Positions 7,996 to 18,244 of a stretch of DNA of 64,000 nt are shown one piece after another (position 1 is the stretch's first letter; each line of letters begins with the position of its first letter). Below the pieces are notes generated by a model that made no database searches, was not told where the DNA came from, and saw nothing but the letters and a program-made list of their open reading frames with translations. Made by a program: the position numbers and the translations under genes. The DNA is from an uncultured Acidimicrobiaceae bacterium (GTDB lineage: Bacteria; Actinomycetota; Acidimicrobiia; Acidimicrobiales; RAAP-2), in NCBI GenBank assembly GCA_963828825.1, contig CAWHGF010000008.1, positions 17,608-81,607 on the forward strand, written 5' to 3'.

Positions 7996-9360
7996 TTAGT
8001 CGCCGCTGAGCGCCATGTCGGCAATGCCCAGGGTCTGACCTGCGGCCACGCCGGGCAGCCAGCGCAGGTCGCCGCCGATCTCGACCACCGACTGCAGCAT
8101 CCGCTGCAGCGTGGAGGCGACGGTCACCTCGCGCACCGGGTGCCCCAGCGCGCCCCCCTCGATCATCAGGCCCTCCGCGCCGACCGAGAAGTCGCCGCTC
8201 ACGGTGTTGACCCCCGAATGGATCCCGAACACCGACTGCACATAGAGGCCGTCGCCGACGGCGGCCAGGATCTCGTCGTGATCCTTGGTCCCCGGGGACA
8301 GCACCACTGCCCGGCAGCCCGCGCCGGGCGTGCCCGCGAACCCGCCCCGCACGGCCGACCCGGTCGACACCGCGCCCGCCCGGCGGGCCGAGACCGTGTC
8401 GTAGACGAACGTGCGGAGCACGCCCTCGGAGATGAGGACGTTGCGCCGGCAGGCCAATCCCTCCCCGTCGTGCGACGACGCACCGTAGGCCCTGGACTCC
8501 GTCGGGTCGTCGACGAGCGTGACCCCGCCGGTGGCGACCGTCTCGCCGATGCGGCCGGCGAAGAAGGAACGGCCCTTGACGACGGCCTCACCGGACAGGG
8601 CCGATGCCATCACCGCCAGCAACGTGGACACCACCCGGGGGTCGAAGACCACGGTGCAGTGAGCCGAACGCACCTTCACCGCCCCGAGCATGCGGGTGGC
8701 CCGGAGGACGGCGTCGTCCATCGCCTCGTCGGGCACCAGATCGCCGGGCCCGCGGCCGACACTGAACCCGGTGCCGGTCTGTGTCTCGGCGCCCTCCCCC
8801 GCGATGGCATCGACAGACAGGAAGGCGTTCGTGCGCCGCCGCGACGAGGAGATGCCGGTGGTCGAGACCAACGCCACCTCCATCCGGCTGTCCGAGTAGT
8901 CGGCCGAAGAGACCTGCCGCAGCCTCGGGTCGGCCGCACGGGTCGCCCGCTCCAGCTCGATGGCCAGCGCGACCTTCTTCTCCATGGGCGTCGAGGCGAC
9001 TCCGTCATCCCACAGGTCGAGCTCCACCGCTTCGACGCCGTCGGGCGCGGCCAGGACGACATCAGGGTCCGGTGTGGCGAACCGGGCGTTGTCACGGGCG
9101 TCGGCCAGAGTGGCGGCGATGACCTCGGGCTCGAGCGACCCGGCCCAGGCGAAGCCGACCTGGCTGCCGGCGTCGCCGGTGCCGTCGACGACGAGCCGGA
9201 TGCCGACGCCGGAGGAGTCGGCCGAGGTGAGTGACTCCACCTCGCCCTCGTATGCCCGCACCGCGGTGTCGGTGCCCCGCGTGACGTAGACCTCCATTCC
9301 CTCACCCGGGAGGGCCCGGTCGACGACCGACTGCGCCAGATTCAGAAGCTCGTCGGTCAC
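7996..9360 (-). CDS. pmbA: TldE/PmbA-family metalloprotease modulator
   Basis: Frame of ORF 7996..9444. Start is GTG 9360, which overlaps the tldD stop (GTGA). The sequence VTDELLNLAQSVVDRAL...GVGIRLVVDG... and the Gly-rich C-terminal half are typical of PmbA/TldE. Confidence 0.85.
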   Translation of the reverse strand: MTDELLNLAQSVVDRALPGEGMEVYVTRGTDTAVRAYEGEVESLTSADSSGVGIRLVVDGTGDAGSQVGFAWAGSLEPEVIAATLADARDNARFATPDPDVVLAAPDGVEAVELDLWDDGVASTPMEKKVALAIELERATRAADPRLRQVSSADYSDSRMEVALVSTTGISSSRRRTNAFLSVDAIAGEGAETQTGTGFSVGRGPGDLVPDEAMDDAVLRATRMLGAVKVRSAHCTVVFDPRVVSTLLAVMASALSGEAVVKGRSFFAGRIGETVATGGVTLVDDPTESRAYGASSHDGEGLACRRNVLISEGVLRTFVYDTVSARRAGAVSTGSAVRGGFAGTPGAGCRAVVLSPGTKDHDEILAAVGDGLYVQSVFGIHSGVNTVSGDFSVGAEGLMIEGGALGHPVREVTVASTLQRMLQSVVEIGGDLRWLPGVAAGQTLGIADMALSGD

Positions 9361-10754
9361 GCCGTGCCTCCGAGGGTGACGCCGGTGATGCGCAGCGTCG
9401 CCTGCCCGCACCCGACCGGGACGCTCTGCCCGTCCTTGCCGCACGTACCCGGCGTCATGTCGAAGTCGGTGGCCACCGCGTCGATGCGCCGCAGCACTTC
9501 GGGCCCGTTGCCGATGAGGTTGGCGTCGCGCAGCGGCTCGGTGATGCGGCCCCCCTCAATCAGGTAGGCCTCGGTCGTCCCGAAGACGAAGTCCCCCGTC
9601 GCCGTGTTGACCTGCCCGCCGCCCAACTTCTTCACGTAGACGCCCGAGGGTGTCTGCGCCACGATCTCGTCGGGATCCTCCCTGCCGGCCAGCAGGTAGG
9701 TGTTGGTCATGCGCACCATCGGCAGGTGCTGGTAATTCTGGCGGCGCCCGTTGCCCGAAGACTTGCGGCCCTCCTTGCGTGCCCGCAGCCAGTCCCACAT
9801 GTAGTCCGTGAGGACCCCGTCCTCGATGAGCACGTTGCGCGCGGGCAGGCACCCCTCGTCGTCGATCGCCAGGTTGCCCCACTCCCCCAGCACCGTGCCG
9901 TCGTCCACCAGCGTCACCAGCGGGCTGGCCACCAACTGCCCGACCTGGCCGGTGTAGACGGACGCGTCCTTGACGATGTGGTCGGCTTCGAGCCCGTGGC
10001 CGCACGCCTCGTGGAAGAGGATGCCGCCGCTCCCGCCCGCCAGCACGATGGGCACCTCGCCCGACGGCGCCGGGCGGGCCGACAGCTTGGCGAGTGCCCG
10101 CGCCGCGGCCGTGGCGGCGATGTCCTCGACGCGGTGACGCTCGAAGATCTCATATCCCTCCGTGCGGGCCAGCGACTCGTACCCCGTCTGCATCCCGGTG
10201 TCGCCGTCGGCCACGCACGTGACATTGAAGCGCGTCCGGATCTGCTCGTCCTGGGCCAGGAGGCCATCGGAGTTGGCGATGAGGATGCGGCGCCGGCTGT
10301 CCCCGACTCCGACCTGTACCTGGGTGATGGCGTCACCGGCGGAGCGGGCGGCGTCGTCGGCCCGGGTGAGCAAGTCGAGTTTGCGGGCCTTGTCCACCGA
10401 GTCTGGCGACGTACGGTCACCGCGCCCGTGGGCGCTCAAGGGGTCGAGCGCCACGGTGCGCACCCCGTTTCCACCCTGTCGGGCCACCGCGGCGGCCGCC
10501 CTGGCCGCGGCCAGCAGGCCCTCCTCGCTCAGGTCGGCCGTGTGGGCGAAGCCGGTCGTCTCGCCATCGACGACCCGGATCCCCGCGCCACGCGATCGGC
10601 CGGAGGAGAGCTCCTCGACCCGGCGGTCGTCGAGCACGGCACTGGCCGTCGCGGCGTCCTCGGCGAATACCTCCGCCATGTCGCCACCCCCGACCAAGGC
10701 GGTGGACAGCACGCGTTCGAGCACGTCAGGTTCGATGAGGGCGGTGTCGGTCAC
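9357..10754 (-). CDS. tldD: TldD-family metalloprotease
   Basis: Frame of ORF 9357..11015. Start is GTG 10754 (VTDTALIEPDVLERVL...). It contains GILFHEACGHGLEADH (the HExxxH-type site of TldD) and ...GTCGKDGQSVPVGCGQ... Confidence 0.85.
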   Translation of the reverse strand: MTDTALIEPDVLERVLSTALVGGGDMAEVFAEDAATASAVLDDRRVEELSSGRSRGAGIRVVDGETTGFAHTADLSEEGLLAAARAAAAVARQGGNGVRTVALDPLSAHGRGDRTSPDSVDKARKLDLLTRADDAARSAGDAITQVQVGVGDSRRRILIANSDGLLAQDEQIRTRFNVTCVADGDTGMQTGYESLARTEGYEIFERHRVEDIAATAAARALAKLSARPAPSGEVPIVLAGGSGGILFHEACGHGLEADHIVKDASVYTGQVGQLVASPLVTLVDDGTVLGEWGNLAIDDEGCLPARNVLIEDGVLTDYMWDWLRARKEGRKSSGNGRRQNYQHLPMVRMTNTYLLAGREDPDEIVAQTPSGVYVKKLGGGQVNTATGDFVFGTTEAYLIEGGRITEPLRDANLIGNGPEVLRRIDAVATDFDMTPGTCGKDGQSVPVGCGQATLRITGVTLGGTA

Positions 10755-10772
10755 GGCGGTATCGTAATCGTC

Positions 10773-11216
10773 GTGCCTGCCGATCCATCCCAATCTCCCA
10801 CCGCGGCAGGGCACGGGCCGCACGCGGGGCTGAGCGCCCAACTCGAGCTGACCGTCGCCGCCGAAGACACGGCGGAGCACTTCCGGTCGGGCGACGTCCC
10901 GGTGCTCGCCACCCCCCGTCTCATCGCGCTCTGTGAGGAGGCGACCTGCCGGGCGACCGACGGGCATCTCAACGAGACCCAGTCCAGCGTGGCCACCCGG
11001 GTGCAATTCGACCATCTGGCGCCCGTGGCCGTGGGCTCGGTCGTGCTGGCGGAGGCCACGCTGGTCAAGGTCGAGGGGCGGCGCCTGGTCTTCACGGTGT
11101 CGGCCGCCCGGCTCGAGGGCGAGGGCGGTGGCCTCGTCGGCGCGGGTCGCGTCACCCGCGTCGTGGTCGACCGGTCCACCTTCCTCGCCAAGGCGGGCGC
11201 CGCGGTCCCGTCCTGA
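10773..11216 (+). CDS. hotdog-fold thioesterase (FlK-like family)
   Basis: Last ~148 codons of ORF 9726..11216: ...LTVAAEDTAEHFRSGDVPVLATPRLIALCEEA...SVATRVQFDHLAPVAVGSVVLAEATLVKVEGRRLVFTVSA... The start at GTG 10773 is tentative. Confidence 0.65.
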   Translation: MPADPSQSPTAAGHGPHAGLSAQLELTVAAEDTAEHFRSGDVPVLATPRLIALCEEATCRATDGHLNETQSSVATRVQFDHLAPVAVGSVVLAEATLVKVEGRRLVFTVSAARLEGEGGGLVGAGRVTRVVVDRSTFLAKAGAAVPS

Positions 11217-11269
11217 GCGCGACCCCGGCCACCACCGAGGGGCAAGGCCTGCTCACCGGAGCCGGGCCG

Positions 11270-12418
11270 GTGGTGGCGTCGTTCGCCACCTTCGGCCTCT
11301 TCTGGGGTAGCTGGGCCGTGATGCTGTTCAACATTCAGCACACCTTCTCGCTCAACGATGCGCAGCTCGGTCTGCTGCTGGCCGTCGCCATCGCGGTGGC
11401 GGGTGCGTCCAGCGCGGTCATGGCGCACTTCTGCGACCGGGTCGGCGCGCGCCGTCTCTTGTGGATCGCGCTGTGTGCCTGGTCGGTTCTCCTCTGCGTC
11501 CTGGCGCTTACCCATGACAGATGGTCCTTCGGCGTGGTGCTCGTCCTGGTGGAAGTGGCCGGCGGGTCCATCGACACGGCCATGAACGCCGAGGCGTCGC
11601 ACCGACTGGTGAGCAGCCCCAAGTCGCTGGTGCGTCTGCACGCCCTGTTCAACATGGGTGCGCTGACCGGCGCCGCGGTCGCCGCGCTGGTCATCCACGC
11701 CGGCGCGTCGTGGCGCTGGGTCTGGCCGGGCATCGCCGTCGTCGCGCTGGGAGTCGGTGTCTGGGCCCTCGTCACGGATCCGGGCACGGCGCTGGCTCCG
11801 GCCGACCTCGCCGGCGTGCCGCACCCCTCCGTCCGGCACCCGCTGCGGCGCCTGCGTCGGGACGGGCTGCTGGTGCTCCTGGCCGTGTTCGCCCTGGCGG
11901 AGATCACCGAAGGCGGTGTCGACACCTGGGGCGTTCTCTATCTGCGCAACCACCTTGCCACGGGGGTGTTGCTCGGGGCGGGGGCCTACGTGGTCGGGCA
12001 GTTGATGGCCGCCACGACTCGGGGTGCCGGGGGACACCTGCTCGGTCGCCTCTCGACCAGGCGGGCACTCATCACCGGCGGTTGCGTGGCCGGCGCCGGC
12101 ATTCTCCTCGAATCGCTCTCGTCGGTTTCGGGCGTCGCCGCGCTCGGGCTGGCACTGGGCGCCGGCGGCGCCTCGCTCTTCTGGCCGCTGGTCATGAGCA
12201 CGGTCAGTCGGATGGCGACCCAAGTGGTCAGCGCGGTCGGCGCCTTCACTGCGGCGGGGTACGTCGGCTGGGTCGCCGGGGCCCCCATCGTGGGTTGGGT
12301 CTCGGAGAATCTGGGTCCGGCGCGTGGCCTCCAGGTGCTGGCCCTGGCCTCCTTCGGCGTCGCCGGGTGCACCCTGCTCGGTCCTCCGCGCCAGGTTGGC
12401 CCGGAGGCCAGGGGATAG
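11270..12418 (+). CDS. MFS transporter
   Basis: ORF track, 382 aa. About 12 hydrophobic helices with a central charged loop (RHPLRRLRRDG). Confidence 0.8.
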   Translation: MVASFATFGLFWGSWAVMLFNIQHTFSLNDAQLGLLLAVAIAVAGASSAVMAHFCDRVGARRLLWIALCAWSVLLCVLALTHDRWSFGVVLVLVEVAGGSIDTAMNAEASHRLVSSPKSLVRLHALFNMGALTGAAVAALVIHAGASWRWVWPGIAVVALGVGVWALVTDPGTALAPADLAGVPHPSVRHPLRRLRRDGLLVLLAVFALAEITEGGVDTWGVLYLRNHLATGVLLGAGAYVVGQLMAATTRGAGGHLLGRLSTRRALITGGCVAGAGILLESLSSVSGVAALGLALGAGGASLFWPLVMSTVSRMATQVVSAVGAFTAAGYVGWVAGAPIVGWVSENLGPARGLQVLALASFGVAGCTLLGPPRQVGPEARG

Positions 12419-12433
12419 CCTGGAGCCTTCGCC

Positions 12434-14438
12434 ATGATCCTGCCAAGCATCGAGACACCAGCCGATCTCAAGGGCCTCAACGCGGAGGAACTCGCTGAGC
12501 TGTGCGAGGAGATCAGGTCGTTCATCGTCGACACCGTGACGACGACCGGAGGGCATCTCGGTTCCAACCTCGGCGCCGTGGAGCTGACGCTGGCCCTGCA
12601 CCGGGTCTTCGACTCCCCCCGCGACGTCATCCTGTGGGACACCGGCCACCAGGCCTACGTGCACAAGCTGGTGACCGGCCGCCGCTACGGCTTCAAGACA
12701 CTGAAGCAGGCCGGTGGGATGTCGGGCTATCCCAACCGGGCGGAGTCCGAGCACGACTGGATCGAGAACAGCCACGCGTCGACGGGCCTCTCCTATGCCC
12801 ACGGGATCGCCAGCGGGTTCGCGCTGCGGGGCATCGACGGTGAGCGCAAGGTGGTGGCCGTCGTCGGTGACGGCGCCCTCACCGGGGGCATGGCCTACGA
12901 GGCCCTGAACAACCTCGGGCACTCGAGGCGCCGCGTGGTGATCGTGCTCAACGACAACGGCCGCTCCTACGCGCCGACCGTGTCACAGTTGTCCCAGAGC
13001 CTCACGACACTGCGGCTCAATCCCACCTATACCGCGGCCCGCGAACGCCTCCGCCTCCGCCTGCCGCGAACTGCCCGCGCTGGGCGAGTTGGCCTACTCA
13101 AGTGTGCACTCGCTGACCAGTGCGATCCGCGAGATGGTGGCACCGCACACCTTCTTCGAGGCGCTGGGCGTGCGCTATGCCGGGCCGATCGACGGCCACG
13201 ACATCGACCACATGGAGCAGGCCTTCACGCATGCCGCCGAGTGGGACGGCCCGATCGTGGTCCACGTCCTCACCCAGAAGGGTCGCGGCTACGCCCCCGC
13301 CGAGGAGGACGACATCCAACGCCTCCATGACGTCAAGGCCACCAAGTCGCTCACGCTCGACAACACGGTGGGCAGCTCGGCCGGCCGGGCGGTCGGCGGC
13401 TCCGCCGGTTCCGACGGGGGCGGGATCGCCTCGCTCGGCTCGGCACCCGACAGCGCGATCGACGAGTCGTCAGAGCGCGCCGCCACCTATACCGATGCCT
13501 TCTCGCGGGCGCTGCTGGCCGCGGCGGACGACGACCCTCGCATCGTGGCGTTGACGGCCGCCATGCCCGGCCCGACGGGCCTGCTGGCCTTCCAGGCCCG
13601 CTTCCCCGATCGCTTCTTCGACGTCGGCATCGCCGAGCAGCACGGGGCCACGTCGGCCGCCGGCATGGCCATGGCCGGGTTGCGGCCCGTGGTGGCCGTG
13701 TACTCGACCTTCTGGTCGCGCTCCTTCGACCAGGCCAACCTCGACGTGGGGCTGCACGGCTGCCCGGTCGTCTTCGTGCTGGACCGGGCCGGTATCACCG
13801 GCGACGACGGGCCGAGCCACCATGGCAGCCTCGACCTGGCGCTGGCGCTGTCCATCCCGGGCATGACGGTGTTCGCGCCGTCCTCGGCCGAAGAGGTCGA
13901 GCCGATGTTGCGCACCGCCCTCGAGCTGCCCGGGCCCTCCACCATCCGCGTGCCCAAGACCGCGCCGCGGCACGTGGACCCCGAGCAGGTGGGGAGCGGG
14001 CTCCAGGCGCGCCGGCTGCGCGCCGGCGACGGGTCGGTCTGCCTCATCGGCGTGGGCAAGACGGTCGGGTCCTGCCTGAGCGCCGCCGACGAGCTGGCCG
14101 GCGAGGGGATCGACGCCACCGTGTGGGACACGCGGGTCGTCTCACCGCCCGATGTCGCCATGCTCGACGACGCGGCGCGCCATCGCCTGGTGGTGACCGC
14201 GGAGGACGGCGTCCGCCACGGCGGTGCGGGGGCCTTCCTCCTCGACGCCATGGCGGCCCAGACGGAGTCGGCGGACCTCTCCCTTCCGGCCATGCGGGTG
14301 CTCGGGATCCCGCGTCAGTACCTCGCCCAGGGCAAGGCCGACGACATCCTCGCCAGTCTCGGCCTGGACGGCGCCGGCATCGCCGAGACCGTCCGCCGGG
14401 TCATGCTCGGCGTCCCGGCCGAGCCCCGCCCCGACTGA
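12434..14438 (+). pseudogene. dxs: 1-deoxy-D-xylulose-5-phosphate synthase, reading frame broken by a +1 shift near 13046-13068
   Basis: ORF 12434..13330 carries the N-terminal TPP domain ([38 protein letters not shown]). ORF 13089..14438 carries the rest ([46 protein letters not shown]). Homology continues from ...[13 protein letters not shown] in frame 1 into [17 protein letters not shown] in the next frame, across cgcctccgcctccgcctgccgcgaa. Confidence 0.8.
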
Positions 14439-14460
14439 GCGTCGCCCGCGGCGGGTTGTC

Positions 14461-15204
14461 TCAGGCCGAGTTGGCGCCGTTCTGGCGCACGAAGTCGTTC
14501 ACCGCGTAGTACGCCTCAATCGACTCCCCCGCATCGCCCCAGAAGCCTTCCTGAACGTCGTGGGCCATCTGGCCCTTCCCGACGTAGTGGTTGTTCACGT
14601 CGGTGATCTCGAGCTCGCCGCGGCCCGAAGGGACGAGATCGCCGATGATGTCGAACACGCCCGCCTCGTAGCAGTAGATGCCGGTCACGCAGTAGTCCGA
14701 GGCCGGCCGCTCGGGCTTCTCCTCAATGTGCACCACCCTGCCGTCGTCCCCGAAGACGGGCACACCGAGGTGGCGCAGGTGCTCGGGCTCGTCCACCTTG
14801 GAGAGCAGGATGCGCGCCCCGACAGGGTCGGCGCAGAAGGCGTCGACGATCGGCCGGATAGAGCGTCCAACGATGTTGTCGGCCAGCATGACGAGCACCG
14901 GCCCTCCCTCGGCGAAGTGCGCGGCGAGGCCGAGGGCCTCGGCGATGCCGCCCGCCTTCTCCTGGTAGGCGTAGGAGAGTTGGTTGATGCCGTACTCGCG
15001 CCCGTTCCCGAGCAGGCGCAGGAATTCTCCGGCGTGGGTCCCGCCCGTGACGAGCATGATCTCGTCGATGCCGCTCGACACGACGGCCTCAATCGACCAG
15101 GCGATCATCGGGCGGTCGTAAATCGGGAGGAGGTGTTTGTTCGTGATCCGGGTCAGGGGGTACAGGCGCGAGCCCGTCCCCCCGGCGAGGATGACGCCTT
15201 TCAC
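14461..15204 (-). CDS. sugar-phosphate nucleotidyltransferase (short RmlA/glucose-1-phosphate thymidylyltransferase-like)
   Basis: ORF track, 247 aa. MKGVILAGGTGSRLYPLTRITNKHLLPIYDRPMI is the canonical NTP-transferase N-terminus. Confidence 0.8.
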   Translation of the reverse strand: MKGVILAGGTGSRLYPLTRITNKHLLPIYDRPMIAWSIEAVVSSGIDEIMLVTGGTHAGEFLRLLGNGREYGINQLSYAYQEKAGGIAEALGLAAHFAEGGPVLVMLADNIVGRSIRPIVDAFCADPVGARILLSKVDEPEHLRHLGVPVFGDDGRVVHIEEKPERPASDYCVTGIYCYEAGVFDIIGDLVPSGRGELEITDVNNHYVGKGQMAHDVQEGFWGDAGESIEAYYAVNDFVRQNGANSA

Positions 15205-15245
15205 GACCGCGTTCCCGCCACGGGCAACATTGGCATGGCCAGTTT

Positions 15246-16355
15246 CTAGTCGAAGGTGAGCACGCCACGCGCCACGCGGCCGGCGTGCATCTCGTCCACG
15301 ACCTCACCGAAGCGGTCCAGCGGGCGGGTCAGGGAGACCAGCTCGTCGAGCATCAGCAGCCCCGACTGGTACAAGTCGACCATGAGGGGGATGTCGTGGT
15401 GGGGCCTGGCCGAGCCGTAGCGGCACCCGAGGAGTCCGCGATCGACGTAGGCCAGCGCGTTGATGTCCACCGCAACCTCCGTGCCGCGGGGCGGGATGCC
15501 GATGGCGACTGCGTTGCCGGCCCAGTCGAGGCAGTCCAGGGCGCTGCGGAGCACGGCGGGGTGGCCGACGCAATCGAAGGCCCACGTCACGCCTCCGAGC
15601 GCGAAGAGCGCGCCGGCCGCCGACTCCCGGTTGGCGGGTACGAGCTCGCGCACCGCCGCCGCGGCGTCGCCGGCGCCGGCGTCGACGAAGTGGGTGGCGC
15701 CGAACTGCCGGCCGAGTTTCTCCTTGGCCGCCACGGTGTCGACGGCCACGATCCTGGTGGCACCGGCGATGCGCAGTCCCTGAATCACGTTCAGGCCCAC
15801 GCCGCCCACGCCGAAGACCGCTGCGGTGTCGCCGGGCTTCACCTTGGCCCGGTTCAGCACCGCACCGACGCCGGTCAACACGCCGCAGCCGATGAGGCAG
15901 GCCGACGACAAAGGAATGTCCTTGGGGATGCGCACGGCCTGCACCTCGCTGACGACCGTGAGCTCGGAGAAGACCGAGGCCGCCGCGAAGTTCGAAGCCG
16001 GTTCCCCCTTGAAGGTGAACGGCGTCGAGATGTTCCCGAGCGAGCTCTTGCACCACGTCGGGTGACCGGTCCCGCAGGCTCGGCACGTGCCGCAGCTGGC
16101 CAGGGTGGCGATCACCACGTGGTCACCGGGCTTCACGGACCGCACGGCGTCGCCGACGGCCTCCACGATGCCGGCGCCCTCGTGGCCGAGTACGGCGGGG
16201 GCGGGAAAGGGGATCGTCCCGTCGATCACCGACAGGTCGGAATGGCACACCCCGGCCGCCTGCATGCGCACCTGCACTTCGTTGGGCCCGGGGCCCCGCA
16301 CCTCGAGCGCGTCGGTGACCTCGACCCCCTCTCCGGTGTAGACGATGCCTCGCAT
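15246..16355 (-). CDS. zinc-dependent alcohol dehydrogenase (class III / mycothiol-dependent formaldehyde dehydrogenase-like)
   Basis: Frame of ORF 15246..16415. Start is ATG 16355, preceded by GAGGAG. Motifs are GVCHSDL, GHEGAGIVEAVG, CGTCRACGTG and GVGGVGLNVIQG. Confidence 0.85.
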   Translation of the reverse strand: MRGIVYTGEGVEVTDALEVRGPGPNEVQVRMQAAGVCHSDLSVIDGTIPFPAPAVLGHEGAGIVEAVGDAVRSVKPGDHVVIATLASCGTCRACGTGHPTWCKSSLGNISTPFTFKGEPASNFAAASVFSELTVVSEVQAVRIPKDIPLSSACLIGCGVLTGVGAVLNRAKVKPGDTAAVFGVGGVGLNVIQGLRIAGATRIVAVDTVAAKEKLGRQFGATHFVDAGAGDAAAAVRELVPANRESAAGALFALGGVTWAFDCVGHPAVLRSALDCLDWAGNAVAIGIPPRGTEVAVDINALAYVDRGLLGCRYGSARPHHDIPLMVDLYQSGLLMLDELVSLTRPLDRFGEVVDEMHAGRVARGVLTFD

Positions 16356-16374
16356 TGTGTGCTCCTCTCGTTTC

Positions 16375-18066
16375 CTACGACTCGTTGGTGACCACGTCGT
16401 CCGCGCCGTCTGCATGGCGCTGGCGGAGCTCTCGCTTGAGCACCTTGCCGCTGGCGTTCACCGGCAGCGCGTCGACGAGGACGACACCGCGGGGAACTTT
16501 GTAGTTGGCCATGACCCCGCGTGACCAGCTGAGGATGGCACGTCCGAGCCCGACGGGGTCGGCGCCAGCGGCGGCGGACGGCGTGGGCACGACGTAGGCG
16601 CAGCCCACCTCCCCCAGGCGATCGTCCGGCACGCCGACCACGGCCACCTGTTCGACCGCCTCGTGCCCGCGCAGAATGGACTCGATCTCGGCCGGGTAGG
16701 CGTTGAAGCCCCCCACGACGAACATGTCCTTGACCCGGTCGGTGATGGTGACGTTGCCGGCCGGACTGAGGACGCCGATGTCGCCGGTGTGCAACCAGCC
16801 CCCGGCGTCGATCGCCTCGGCCGTCGCCGCCTCGTTGCCCCAGTAGCCCGGCATCACCGTGTAGCCGCGCACCACGATCTCCCCGGGTTCACCCGGTGGA
16901 ACCTCGGCGCCTCCCGCCACGGCCCGGACCTCCAGGCCGGGGATCGCACGCCCCGAGGTGGCGGCGACCACTTCGGGCGGATCGCTGCGACGGCACATGG
17001 TCACCGTCCCACAGGATTCGGTCAGTCCGTAGGCGGTCAGGACGGTGTCGAAGCCGAGCTCGTCGCGCATCGCCTGCACCAGCTCGACCGGCACCACGGC
17101 CGCGCCGGTGACCCCGAGCCGGAGCGAGGAGAGGTCATGCTCGGCGCGCCGCGGGTCCGCCAGCAGCGTCTGGTAGAGCGTCGGCGGGCCGGGCAGCACA
17201 CTGATGCGCTCGGTGCCGATGCGTGCCATGACCGCGGACGGATCGAACACCGGCTCGGGCACCACGGTGGCACCGGCCATGAGGCAGGCCAGGATGCCCG
17301 CCTTGTAGCCAAACGTGTGGAAGAAGGGGTTGACGACGAGGTAGCGGTCGCCCGCACGGAGCCCGACGATGGACGACCAGGTCCCGAAGGTGCGCAGGGA
17401 CTGCGCGTGCGTCGCGGCCGCACCCTTGGGGCGACCGGTCGTGCCGGAGGTGAAGATCAGATCGGAGACGTCGTCGGGTTGCACCGCGGCGGCCCGCGCC
17501 ACGACGACCTCGGGCTCGACACCCCCGCCGGCCTCGAGGAAGTCGCCCAGGCCCGTCACCGGTAACGCGGCCCCGCAGTCGCCGGAGCCCGAAGCCGCGC
17601 CCTCATCACGCAGGAGGACGACGCGGGCCAGGTCGCCCGTGTCCTGACCGGCCAGCATGGCGGGATAGTCGGCGCCCAGGAAGCCGCGCACGGTGACCAG
17701 CGTCGACGCGCCGGAATCGCCGATGATGTACGCCGCCTCGCCGCCCTTGAAGCGGGTGTTCAGCGGCACGAGCACCGCACCGGCCCGCAGCAGGCCCAAC
17801 GCGGCGAGCATCCACTCCGCGCAGTTGGGCGCCCAGATGGCGGCCCGGTCCCCGGCACCGACGCCGGCGGCCACGAAACCGCTGGCGTAGCGGTCGACCT
17901 CACGGGCCAGCTGCGCGTAGGTGAGCCGCACCTCGCCGTCGACCAGTGCCTCCGTGGCGCCGTGGCGCCGCGCCGCGTCGTCGACCAGGCGGGGCACCGT
18001 GCCCCAGATGAGGTCGGCGCGCGGGTCCTCCCGGTCGGCCGGGGCTCCGCCGATCCCGCCGCTCAC
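16375..18066 (-). CDS. AMP-dependent acyl-CoA synthetase/ligase (FadD-like)
   Basis: Frame of ORF 16375..18219. Start is GTG 18066, with AGGAAAAG upstream. Motifs are the AMP-binding LIFTSGTTGRPKGA, TAYGLTE, WLHTGDIG and NASGKVLKREL. Confidence 0.85.
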   Translation of the reverse strand: MSGGIGGAPADREDPRADLIWGTVPRLVDDAARRHGATEALVDGEVRLTYAQLAREVDRYASGFVAAGVGAGDRAAIWAPNCAEWMLAALGLLRAGAVLVPLNTRFKGGEAAYIIGDSGASTLVTVRGFLGADYPAMLAGQDTGDLARVVLLRDEGAASGSGDCGAALPVTGLGDFLEAGGGVEPEVVVARAAAVQPDDVSDLIFTSGTTGRPKGAAATHAQSLRTFGTWSSIVGLRAGDRYLVVNPFFHTFGYKAGILACLMAGATVVPEPVFDPSAVMARIGTERISVLPGPPTLYQTLLADPRRAEHDLSSLRLGVTGAAVVPVELVQAMRDELGFDTVLTAYGLTESCGTVTMCRRSDPPEVVAATSGRAIPGLEVRAVAGGAEVPPGEPGEIVVRGYTVMPGYWGNEAATAEAIDAGGWLHTGDIGVLSPAGNVTITDRVKDMFVVGGFNAYPAEIESILRGHEAVEQVAVVGVPDDRLGEVGCAYVVPTPSAAAGADPVGLGRAILSWSRGVMANYKVPRGVVLVDALPVNASGKVLKRELRQRHADGADDVVTNES

Positions 18067-18244
18067 GGCGAATCCCGTCTTTTCCTGTGGCTCCTCTCGT
18101 GGCGCCCGCCGGACGGCGAGGCGCGGGCCGCTGCGCCCGGCGGCACGAAAATCGCTTGTTTCCCGGACTCGACACGGATCTGTGGAGAAACAGCGGTGAC
18201 GTCCCCCGTCCGTCCACAAGACGCGGTGATGACGCGGCCGTCGC

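Noticed and set aside
10751-12922. 723-aa minus-strand ORF.
   Set aside because: It is antisense to the well-supported thioesterase, MFS and dxs genes. Its Arg/Gly/Pro/Asp-rich composition is typical of shadow ORFs in high-GC DNA.
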